DNA of 64,000 nt from the NCBI GenBank assembly GCA_032718475.1, contig JAUCBJ010004452.1:33155-97154 (forward strand), read 5' to 3'. Made by a program: the position numbers and the translations under genes. Positions 1 through 11,382 of the stretch are shown here, piece after piece (position 1 is the stretch's first letter; the number at the start of each line of letters is the position of its first letter). This DNA comes from Nemertoderma westbladi. Taxonomy: Eukaryota > Animalia > Xenacoelomorpha. The notes under the pieces are model-generated. The model was not told the DNA's origin. It saw nothing but the letters and a program-made list of their open reading frames with translations, and did not search any database.

Positions 1-534
1 CAAGAGATCCCATTGTTAGAGGCAACATTGCCAAAGTTAATTCAATAAGCCCCAACTGTAACTCAACTGTATTCTGTAGTGAACTAATATATTTTAGATA
101 ACTAATTAGTTAGTTAGGATTGTAAGGGGCTTTACTAACTGGCAGCCAAACTTTTTGTTATAACAATGGGATAAAAAAAAGTCATTCATTCATGCAGAAA
201 ACAGGCCTGGGTCACGGTGGAAATCTGTTGGCAGCAACATTAAAATAGTTATTGTTGAATATTATTAGTGGACAGCTTAATTACTATACAACGCAACCTA
301 CATATCTCTCAAGTTATTATCGATGTGTGTAAGGTGGTTGTGTACGCAAGTATTATATACGAAGTAAATTAACAACCTTCACTCAATCGGGGGAAAGGAG
401 CAGGTTACAGACACGATAGGTTACAGAGACGAATTTTTCTAACCAAAACAATAAACGGGTTTGTTAACACTCATATTGAGGGCGAAGATTGCTCCGGGCG
501 AAGCGTTCTCGCGGGCAAAACTGCGCAGTCCCAG

Positions 535-1090
535 TGAAACCCGCAGCACAACGTTCACCTTACGGAAACCCTAGCAGCACAACGTTCACCTAGCAGCACA
601 ACGTTCACCTAGCAGCACAACGTTCACCTAGCAGCACAACGTTCACCTTACGGAAACCCTAGCAGCACAACGTTCACCTTACGGAGACCCTAGCAGCACA
701 ACGTTCACCTAGCAGCACAACGTTCACCTTACGGAAACCCTAGCAGCACAACGTTCACCTTACGGAAACCCTAGCAGCACAACGTTCACCTTACGGAAAC
801 CCTAGCAGCCCAACGTTCACCTTACGGAAACCCTAGCAGCACAACGTTCACCTTACGGAAACCCTAGCAGCACAACGTTCACCTTACGGAAACCCTAGCA
901 GCATAACGTTCACCTAGCAGCACAACGTTCACCTTACGGAAACCCTAGCAGCACAACGTTCACCTTACGGAAACCATAGCAGCATAACGTTCACCTTACG
1001 GAAACCCTAGCAGCCCAACGTTCACCTTACGGAAACCCTAGCAGCACAACGTTCACCTTACGGAAACCCTAGCAGCACAACGTTCACGTT
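535..1090. repeat. Minisatellite, 31-bp unit AGCAGCACAACGTTCACCTTACGGAAACCCT with interspersed 19-bp short units
   Basis: Directly visible near-identical tandem copies; short units lack TACGGAAACCCT; no unique spacers. Confidence 0.95.
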
Positions 1091-2479
1091 ACGTTTAGAA
1101 TAGTTCTAATAACGTGGAACGTGGATAACATCGATCAATCTTGTTCTGATAACGTTCCAGCTGCGTTCACTCTCACTGTACGTACACGTTCATCTAGGAA
1201 GGGATTTGTCCCGTTTAAACTCCAAAAACGTTCATTCGACGTCATCTTATAAACGTTAGATATTCGTTATAAAATTATCCGTTCAACTAATTATTTCCCG
1301 AACTCCATTTGAACGGCTTAATATGCGCCGTGTCAATGTAAAGAACTGTTGTTATGAACTTAAAGTTCAAATATATAATTTCGAATGGATATTTTACCAA
1401 TGCTGAAGAGCTGTCAATCATTCACTATTTAATGATAATATAAGTTCGTTTTTCGTTTAGGTACGGATATTATTTGAACTAGAAGCGCTGTGGCAAAATG
1501 ATCCCCCCCCCCCCCGGACCACTGCCACTGACCACCGCTGCTAGACCGCACCGCTCGCTGACCGCTGACCATAACAATAAACGAGAGTTGAGTTAGGAAT
1601 ATTGTAGAAACACCAATTGAATTGAGAATCACCTGTCAGTTGTATAGGCCTACCGTTTGTGGTACATGTTGGTGTAAGAGTAGGTATAAGCGTAGCGTTT
1701 ATCCCCCATCTGACAAGCTTGTCTTTGAAGTTGTTTATCATTCTCTTGTAAGTCTTGCAGGTTGTAAGGTGGAACATGTTCACACTTGTTCGAACGCGTT
1801 AGTCAAGACCAGGATGTGACGGTAAGTGAACAGGGCAACACTATCAACAACGGTAGGTGAATGACTAAGGCGAACATTTCAAAATTCACGGCTTTGAATT
1901 ATTTACATACAGATACGACTCGGCCCTTCATCAAGAAAACAAATAGAACCGCTATTGGTGCAAGTTTGTGGTGCTGCTTCCCAGTGCTTAGGTACTTAGC
2001 TACACATAAGTAATAAATTGTTATGCGGTGACCACCCCCCAGCCCCCGACCAACCTTGAATTGTGTTTGTAATTAAATAACGATAAATATTTAAAATATT
2101 TGTTTTTAAATATTTGTTAATAAATATTAAACATTTAATTGAAACATAACAAACTTTATAATGTTTGTTTTCTAAAGTAACAATGCCTCGCCATATAGTA
2201 ACAGTTTTAGACGATTCAAAGAAAGGGAAATTTGAAATATAGACTTGTTTAATATATTACGAGGATTTATTTTATAAACCTCAACAAGAATCAACAAGTC
2301 TGATATTGTTCCCATAAATCAGAAAATATTCTAGAAATATAACTACAAAATGTTCTAGAATTCTAATAGGTACTATTAATTAATATCATAATAATTGATG
2401 AAGATGAATATTCGTAAAATATTTATACAATAACAAAATGATTCTTACAACATTAAAATAGAATTACACATTTACACAT

Positions 2480-3490
2480 TTTACATTTGTCCTGGAGTCC
2501 TGGCTCCAGAAGTCGAGGAAATCCTGCCAAGTACCTAACTGTTCTAGACTTTGCTGATGACTTAGGAGTACTCTCAGAATCACTAGAGAGAGCCCAACGG
2601 TTCCTCACCTCATTAGAACAGGCTGCTTCTAGTGTTGGTCTATTTATTAACTCCAAAAAGAATTATTAAAAATTAAAATTATCCAATAAAATAAATATTA
2701 ATATTATTAATATTATAAAATTATTATAATTATTAAAAGAAAAAAATTATGACAGTTAACTCTGAAAGTCCTCAGCAAGTCTCTGACCGGATTAGCATAA
2801 GCTCAAAGGATAGTTTGCTTGAGCATGTGGATGACTTCTGTTACCTGGGATCATGGATCCGGAAGTCAGGTGAGGACCTTCGAATACGTAAGGGAAAGGC
2901 ATGGGCAGCCTTGAATAGGCTTTCCAGGATTTGGAAGTCACCGAGAATTAATCGGAAACTTAAGATCCGGTTATTTAGAGCAGCAGTAGTTCCAGTACTC
3001 CTCTATGGGAGTCCATGCTGGGCTTTAACTGCCGAGGACACCAAATCTCGGGATGGTACCTTCACAATAATGCTACGTCGGGTTCTTTGTGTCAAGTACA
3101 ATGCACACATATCCAATCAGACACTATATAACATTGGAGGTGTCTCATTGGTTCCCCCTAGCTTGACACTAGAACAAAGTCGCCTCCGCTTTGCAGGACA
3201 TTGCTTTCGCCGTGAGGACCAGTCAGTGCATAATCTTGTACTTTGGCAGCCTTATGGAGTGAATAAGCATGGTAGAATAAGCATGAAGAAGCATGGTGGC
3301 ATGGTGGTGATGACTTTCTTGAGACGCAATTTAAAGGACACTGGCCTTGAAGATGCGGATGATCTAGCAAATGTCATGGGTGATAGGGAGTTGTGGCGGC
3401 GCAATTTTGTCGACAAGACGACAAGCCGGCACAGCATTCTTAAAACGTACCGCTAAAACGTAAAGCATACCGATCCTAGTAGTAGTAGTA
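2480..3490 (+). mobile_element. 5'-truncated non-LTR retrotransposon fragment (RTE-like), C-terminal RT region, degraded
   Basis: LDFADDL (YADD-type RT motif), VGLFINSKK, VDDFCYLGS, KLKIRLFRAAVVPVLLYGS, SRLRFAGHCFR and DRELWR are typical of RTE-clade ORF ends. An AT-rich insert at ~2662-2748 breaks the frame. A (TAG)n tail lies at ~3477-3489. Confidence 0.85.
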
Positions 3491-4074
3491 TGTCCTGGAA
3501 TATAGTGTCGTCATTCAGGTACATGGACCCCCCCCCCCCCCCCCCCCTATATCTTAGATTAAGGTGGGGGGGGGGGGGGGGGGCGGTGGGGAACCCCCCG
3601 TCAGTATGTCTGTCCATCAATAAAAAGCATACTATCTGACTAAAAATTCGATTGTGTGATTTCTTTTCTGATGTCATTATTAAAATTTGGCCTTGTCTTT
3701 TCTGTCGTCTCTTCTGTCTGTGTGCCTGTCCTTTTCTGTCAATTTCAGTCAATTCAGACAATTTGTTAGTCATCAAATGTTAAAACTGACACTCGAAATG
3801 AATTCAGCGACCATGAAAACCCCTATAGCCAAACTTTTTGCTAGATATGGTGTGCCCTTTCAATATATTTGACGGACAGATTGTCGGATAGTAAGATAGA
3901 CCGACAGACAGACTAACAAGATTTCTTTAAAAGTGAAACCTGGCCTCAGAAATTCAGAAATGAAATCAGCGACAATGAAAACCCCCATGTCAAAAATCTT
4001 AGCATGGTTTTTGCTTTCTTGTTGATAGATATATATTGACACACATTCTTACATATTTATTAACTAAAATATAA

Positions 4075-5410
4075 ACTTACACCACACCAACTACAAAAAA
4101 TATATAGAATCAGGACATAGGGCATCAAATGACACAATCAAGACAAACAAAAAACAACAAACAAAAACATATATAATAACATGCTCAACATGTATCGCAA
4201 CACTCACAATAAACCTAACCGCCATACACTAAATGATAGGCCTACTGGTAGTAAACTGCACGAAAGCTAAGCCTATATTCGATAAGAAAATATATGGCAT
4301 TTTTTACGCCGCAAAATGGGTAGATTAGGGGAAAAAATAATTAATTTTTGTAAAAAATATGGTTGAATTTCGGTGTCACAGACCAGTAAGTTGCTAATCT
4401 CTGACACCTGCGACGGCCTTATGGACCGAGTACTATTTTTGGGTTAATGTCCTGATTCTATAAATTGTTTGTAGTTTGTGGGGTGTAAGACTCTTGTTAA
4501 TATTGAACACGCCCCCGTTAGTCAGTATGTCGTTAACTTTAATTATCATCTTATGAAGTAGAGCAGAATTCGCGACTGCAAGTTGTAAAATCCAATATTT
4601 TATGTGCTGTGTGTGTTTGTCCTAGCAACCTACCAGTTTGTCCTAGCAACCAACCAGTTTGTCCATTGATAAATAATCAATGAATTTGTATAAATAAATT
4701 TTCCATAAAATATAGTATTTGGTGCTGGAAGAATTGTTTTTTTTTGACAAGTAATTATTTTGGGGAGATTTAATAATGGTTTTGGGGATGTGAATAATTG
4801 TTTTTGGGGGAATGAATAATTGTTTTTGGGATGTGAATAATTGTTTTTGGGGGAATGAATAATTGTTTTTGGGATGTGAATAATTGTTTTTGGGGGATGA
4901 ATAATTGTTTTTGGGGGATGAATAATTGTTTTTTTTGGGGGATGAATAATTGTTTTTGGGGGATGAATAATTGTTTTTGGGGGATGAATAATTGTTTTTT
5001 TTGGGGGATGAATAATTGTTTTTTTTGGGGGAGGGGTGGGGGTTAATAATTGTTTTTGGGATGAATTATTGTATTTGGGGGATGAATAATTGTTTTTATT
5101 GGTGAGAGAAATATTCAAAATTCAGGGATGTAAATTGGTGCTACAAAAAAAATATCTGGTGACAAAAAAAGTTTTTTGGTGTGAAATTATCTAATTTGAG
5201 GTGGCATTCTAAAAAATGTCATATATTTTCTTATAGAATACAGGCTAGCTTTTGGGCAGTTTACTACCAGTAGGCCTATCATTTAGTGTATGGCGGTTAG
5301 GCTTAGGGTTGGGGTGCAATACATACCTGATTTTGAGCATGTTATTATATGTTTTTGTTTGTTGTTTTTTGTTCGTTTTGAATGTGTCCTTTGTTGGCCC
5401 TACGGGCTGA
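4075..5410. mobile_element. Foldback/MITE-like structure with long imperfect inverted repeats
   Basis: ~4130-4260 (…AACCGCCATACACTAAATGATAGGCCTACTGGTAGTAAACTGC) is the reverse complement of ~5256-5390. 4075-4117 is also inverted at ~4449-4490. No transposase and no clear TSD. Confidence 0.55.
4780..5097. repeat. Minisatellite, ~21-bp unit GGGGGATGAATAATTGTTTTT
   Basis: Directly visible tandem copies with variable T/G run length. Confidence 0.9.
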
Positions 5411-7389
5411 GTACTATTTTGTCCTACTGTATGTCCTATATACTATAATGTCCTGATTCGTTGTTAGTCAGTACATACCGTTGTAATGACGTTACCTTTA
5501 ATTCAATTTAATTCTTTCGTGTTTTTATATGTACAGTATATATTGACAGACATTCTCACATAAACAGATAGTTTTTGCGCGGGAAGGTTCAAACTTTAAG
5601 GGCAATTATCTCAGAATAACATTTTTAAATTTTAAAACACTACTGCTCCGCCACTATTCATCCAAATCTGATGATTTTAGGCTCATTCGAAAGGGTTTCG
5701 GCAGTTATTTGACATTTATCGTGTAGAATTTCGAAAAAATTTGATTTAAACTAAAATAATTAAAATTAATTAATTTAGGTAAATTTTGTAGAGTCAAACG
5801 TTCTGAATCCAAAAAAGTTGATTTCAAGAAATTTGGACCAATATTGGCCAAAAATTTTCAAATTTACGTTTGGAGACTATTTGATCTTCCAGACATTGGC
5901 TGGCGACAATAAAATTGTTATCTTAAACTAAAACCCAAAGTAGGTCATTAAAAAAAAGTGGTTAAGGGGGGGGGGGGGGGGGAGGGGGTCCCCACCCTCC
6001 CCCCCTTAATGTATGAATAGATACGTAATAGTATGATTAAAGAGGTATTGGACTGTTGCCCAGCAACGTATTGGATAAACAAAATGTTCCAGAATGTGAT
6101 GAATTTATTAAATAGAATAAAATAGCCTCGCACAGGTGCAAGACCATGCAACCTTTGATTGCTTATATTGTTCGCACTTTTAGACCTTTAACAGTTTAAA
6201 CTGCTAATTTACGTGTCTTATGTTGCCTGACAGCCCGCACAAAATATGACCACAGTAGAAGCCAGTCTAGCGCGGCGTATGACCCACCGCGTGTGGGAGA
6301 CTGAATTCTATAGGCTAGATTGAGGTAGGCTAATTTGTATTATTCGATTGATCTCTACTATATAATCTCCAAAAACTATGTTTACTTTCAGGGAAATATC
6401 AACAGGTCCTTTAGATGCTGCGCTTTAAATATCAGACAGAGTTCTGACTTATACTAATTACAACGATTGTTACAGGTTATCACTGTTTCACATTCTTTAG
6501 GAATGTAGAATTATTCACTCGCACTCATTTTATGGACAATAAAAATGAAACACACTAATTTGCCGACTACTACCAATTTTACTAATATATATGGATAAAT
6601 TTAGCTCGCTTACGTTGGGGTTATGAAATAGCATAAAATTCATAAGGTCCACTGTAGTTTGAGCCAAGGAATTGTTACTAATTGTTCCTTCTGCTTACCT
6701 CAATAATAAAGAAAGTTAGGGGGAATTATCGATTATTTGTATGTATTCTCCAAATATAAACATCCATTAAATATGTTACCAAACAACAATGAATAACAGT
6801 ATAAAACGGTATAAAATATACAGTGCAGGCAGTTAATCAACAGTCAGATGTTTGCTGCAAGTGCAGAGAGTGCAGAGACTGACTATAGTAAATGGGGATA
6901 GATTACCGAGAGATAATTAACTATAATCTGTAGCACTCCAGCCACTGATGGTCTTGGGCAGAATTCAGAATGAATGATTTTGTCGAACTGCGGCATATTC
7001 ATATATAAACAAGGCCTCAAGAAGATGTAAAGTGAAAATTGTGGTCATTGGCCGAAAAATAACATAGAGGATACGGGACAAAGATAAATTTTGGCATTAT
7101 AACTCTGTACCAAAATAAACGCTAGAGGGCGTAAGTTTTATATGTTCTCCAATCTCTCGAGATAATGCCAGTTTTAGAGTAGTTCGCGTATTGCACAAAA
7201 AAGATGCATTTTTGCCGCAAAAGCTTTAACACTGCTCCCAGAAAATGGGACTTAAATCTATAACATATACCTAGAGTCACAGTTTCTAATAAATTTACAA
7301 CTCTAAACAATCAATCCTTCTTTCCAGAATGACGTTTACGGAGTTTCTTAAACTTTTGAGTGGTTTTTTCTAGCCTGCGCGAGCCACTT

Positions 7390-7870
7390 TACTAGGAGGG
7401 CTATAACTCTTGGGGGAAGGGTGCAATACAATTGCATCAGAAGGATTTGGATTTCGGTGGTGTATCCGCCGGTCGAGGAGGAATATCGATAGAAGGTTCA
7501 CTTCTCTCCTTTGATTGGGCTGCAAAATCTATACATTTATCAGAGGACCCAAGGAATCAAGGGCGCACAACCTTTAAGGCCCGTCTCAGGACAGCAGCCT
7601 GTACTGGTCCTGTCTTAGTTGTTTGTACGAACGCCGTAGGTTGACCATGAGTAGTTAGGAATTTTCAGGGTTTAACAGTTCTTTCTAATTTCTTTTCTCC
7701 CGCTTTGTACTCATAAGGACATCGGTGGACTTCTTGTAACTCAAGGTGCTCATTTACAAACGTCTCACCGTATTCGGGATCTCTGCTAATATAGCTAATC
7801 AAATTATAAGATTCAATATTATTAGGGTTAATGTTTCTTAAATATTTCCGGATGTATTTGGCGGAAATAC
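7390..7870 (-). pseudogene. 3' part of a decayed ORF of unknown origin, split by insertion of element A
   Basis: The minus-strand frame ISAKYIRKYLRNINPNNIESYNLISYISRDPEYGETF… continues the frame …KLIKRVGEC from the far side of element A once one AATAC TSD copy is removed; scattered stops. Confidence 0.4.
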
Positions 7871-8519
7871 TGTGACGGGATCGTTGAGTTGTCAGTGAGA
7901 ACCCGACCGGTTAGATTGTATGCGTCACTTTATTGCTGGGCTGCTGGTATAATATCTTTGGCCGAAGGCCGATGGGAAAACAATGTAGTTTGTTTCTCAG
8001 TATTAATAACCTCAGCGATAATAGCACAGTCGGAATAATACAGATATTATGAGTTAATCATACAACAGTATAGTAACAGCAAATGATATATAAATGACGG
8101 TCAAAAACTATGCCTGTCTGTAACTGTGAGAAAATCAACTGACCGGTAAATCAGAAATTAGAGTAACTATATAATTGATACATATTGGTTTCAGTCCTAT
8201 ACTACTGTGTGGCCTTTGGTACCCAATGGATGCATTCCTATCCTCCCAATCCACTTAGTGGCAGCTATTGGCTTAACTATTAATTCTCGCCTCGCCACTC
8301 CCTGTTGGTGTTACCCCCTGCTGCTAGCCTCTCTAGCTGGTTTGTCCCTCTGAGGTGGTTTGACCTCTCACCTCTCTCTGTGGCTTAGGGCATGTATCCC
8401 TCCCCCGAGTTGGTTATGAGGTGAGATTATTATTGGTAATCTCACATCGCCAACTATATTGGTAAAACGCCACTGGTCCCATTTTGGGTGGGCAATGTAG
8501 GGAATTGAATCTGCTTACA
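7871..8519 (-). repeat. 3' LTR of element A
   Basis: TGTGACGG…GCTTACA; direct repeat of 25221-25878; followed on + by CTCCCCCC (PPT on minus). Confidence 0.95.
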
Positions 8520-9230
8520 CTCCCCCCATGCTATCTTCCCGGTGAGAAGATAGCATCAACCTTAAGTGCACTTCAATTCCGCTAGAATCCAATCTATCAT
8601 TGGATGTGGGGTGGAGTTTTCTTATCGGGGTCGGCTCTCCAGACCGGCCCCCATGGGTCTGTTATTACTACCCATCCTTGGTGCAATCGCGAGCTATGTT
8701 GCACCAAGGTATCTGGTGTCTCTGTTTGAGGTCATTGTCCTCACTCTCCACACAATTTTTCTCAAATTTTCCTCATGGACCTTTGTCCCTTCCTCTCTCA
8801 CCAGTCCCTTTGGGACTCATCCTCCTTCAATGCTCGCTCCCCACGCTTGAATTGCACTCCGTTCACTTCTTCACACCCCTACGCATCCTCCCCATTCTTC
8901 CCCCAATCCCCTATACTCAACCGATATTTTATTCCCATTCTTCGTGCCCACCTGTCAGGCTTCCACATTCTCATTAGTGTGGCCACACTTGAGAAATGGG
9001 ATCCATCTAATGTCTCATCCTCCTGTCGTAGTCAATTGGTCCCCAATCCCAGTAGCTAGTTGGAAAAGGTTGTATATGACTATAGTACTTACATTGATTA
9101 TATATTCGCTTATTAATTAATTATCTACATACGTACATACTAATTGCACTTGACTATTTGCACTTAGGAGTTTGTACTCTTTCCTACATGTGGTGCCTTC
9201 CAGGCACACCCACACCCCTGTTCCTGAGTT

Positions 9231-10805
9231 CTAGTTCGCTCCTCCCATCTTCGGAAACCATCTGAGTTCTTTGCTCCTATCGTCATCTTGTCTGAGCCGT
9301 TTCCTTCCCTCCAGCTTATCCTCCTTGAGACTCCTCATCCTTGCCGATACCGTCTTACTAAGCCCCGTCGTTGGATCTTTAGGAGCAGGTGTTATCAACT
9401 CCCGGTATCGCTTCGCAGTTGGTCCCTCTGAGTATCCCTCCTGTTTCCCTCTGGTAGCATCCCACAGGATCATTTTCATCGCCCGCGGCACGTGCTCCGC
9501 CTGAAAGTCCCTGAACTCGATTATATTTTCTGGCGACCATCTGTCTAGGTATCTCTGAGTGTTAATGACTCCTCCATACGATGCCGCTGTTGCTACCTCC
9601 TGATATGTGAATGGTAGTCTCCTCTTGGTAATCTCCTGGTGGGCTCCCGCGTTGATATTAAAGAAGCCCCACTGGAACTCCTGGGCCTTCATCCTTTGTC
9701 GTGTCATGACTCCGACGTTGGCCCACTCCTCGAAGATCCAGAACTTCTCCTCGTCGTCCATCCAATCGCACTGATACCCAAAGTGCCCTCGGAAGTTGCA
9801 CTTTGAGCATCGGTTGTGCAGCCTCGGACACGCACCCATCCTATGGGTCGACTCGCGGCAGTAGAGACAGGACGTCCCCTTCTGGAAACAATACAGGCTG
9901 CTCTTTTCCTGGTGGGTTAGTCTCCCACAGTGCCCCGCCCCAAGTCGTCCTTGGCTCCGTGTGGCCTCCTGGGTCTATGGAGCCGTTGGTAGGCAAACAT
10001 CTGGACGCTATGTTCCCTACCCATGTCGATGTCCTCCTCCACCCTTGGCATCGTTTTCCCAAACACTACCCATGGTGCCGTTCCCGGTTGCTCGCCCAAC
10101 CTGATCATACTCGCCGCGAAAACCATCGCCAGCTCCCATGCTCCCAGGCCCGCTTACTGGGTTTGTCCCAGAAGGCTCTCGTCCCGCTGGCCGTCACCAC
10201 CCTCCCGCCTACCCAGTCCGTATCCGAGTGGCCGATCCTCTCTATCAGCGGCATCGCCCCGAACATGTCCTCTTCTTCCTCTCTCACCGGGAGTGGACCC
10301 GAACCCAGTAGCCCAGTAGATCCACTATGTCCCTTTCCACCTTGGTTTCCGCCCATGACTTTCCACCCCTCCAGCTTCTTCCGTCTCTTCCTTCCAAAAT
10401 CGCCCTCTGAGCCCCCTGGCATGGGCATTGCTTGCAATCCCGATGTCGACTGTTTCGGTGATTCTTCCATCCATCCCAGTTTGTCCACCAGAAACTCACC
10501 TGAGGTCTCCAATCCCCACCTCAGTTCGTCCAGGTTCTGGGCTTCGAACTCGTATTCCTCTCCCCTTATGTCCGCTTCTCTCTCTGCTGCCTCCCTCCTT
10601 TCTCTCCTCGCTACCTCCTCCAGTCTCCTCTCCTCTCCTCGACTCTATCCGCTTCCAACTTCTTCCACCTCTTGTACGGTGTGTTCACCTCCCTGTCCAC
10701 TAGGTGTCGGCTATCGTAGTATACCGATTCGCCCTTCAGCCCCGGGTGGTCTACAAGACCTTCAAAGGCCACCTTAAGGGCTCTCCTGTGATTCAGAGGT
10801 GCTTC
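9231..10805 (-). pseudogene. C-terminal part of accessory ORF of element A (acidic linker + CCHC zinc knuckles), frameshifted
   Basis: CLYCRESTHRMGAC and CSKCNFRGHFGYQC (CX2CX4HX4C); collinear with 30790-32281 of element C. Confidence 0.85.
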
Positions 10806-11382
10806 TGTGACGGGATCAGAGGATCCCGACCGGTTAATTTATGTTACACGTGACCGCACGATCGCGAAAAGAGTTTGTTGTTGTTATTCTGATCTTGATA
10901 TAAACTGATGATAATATAATATATGTAATAGCACAGTTGAAATAATGCAGTAAAGAATGATGTACCGGTAGTGATTGATAATATAGGTGACGGACAGTGA
11001 CGGTACTAAAGTGTCACCGATCTGCTCTAAGTGACTGAGATAACTGAATGGTAATGCAAGTTGATTGATAATATATATTCACTCTTACACTACTGTGGCC
11101 TTAGTACCTAGCGGATGCTCTCTTCCCTGTCCCTGATTGGCTAGTGCGCTAATTCTCGGCTCCCACCTCTGTGGGAGTGCTTCCCCCCCACTGCTGTTAC
11201 TTTCCCTCACCAGGAGGTTTAACCTCTGACCTCCCTTTGTGTGGCTCTTTGGGGTTTGTTGTCCCCGTTATTGGTTGTGTGATACGAGGTTAATTGGGAT
11301 TAATCTCGTATCCCCAATATTGCTAAAAGGTGCCACTGCTCTAACTCTATGGGGGTAATGAGCGAAATTGAATCCGCTCACA
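10806..11382 (-). repeat. 3' LTR of element B
   Basis: TGTGACGGGATCAGAGG…GCTCACA; direct repeat of 18927-19505. Confidence 0.95.

Noticed and set aside
535-1090. CRISPR-like appearance of the 31-bp array (also the 82-, 45- and 51-bp arrays)
   Set aside because: No unique spacers and no cas genes; eukaryotic context.
3527-3600. Long poly-C/poly-G runs forming an apparent hairpin (similar runs elsewhere)
   Set aside because: Homopolymer runs are common throughout the window and their length is unreliable.
4630-5118. 162-aa Pro/Lys-rich ORF
   Set aside because: Translation of the 21-bp minisatellite.
9803-10777. 324-aa plus-strand ORF (and 30781-31512 minus)
   Set aside because: Antisense shadow of the purine-rich accessory ORF; Ser/Pro/Leu-rich with no domain.
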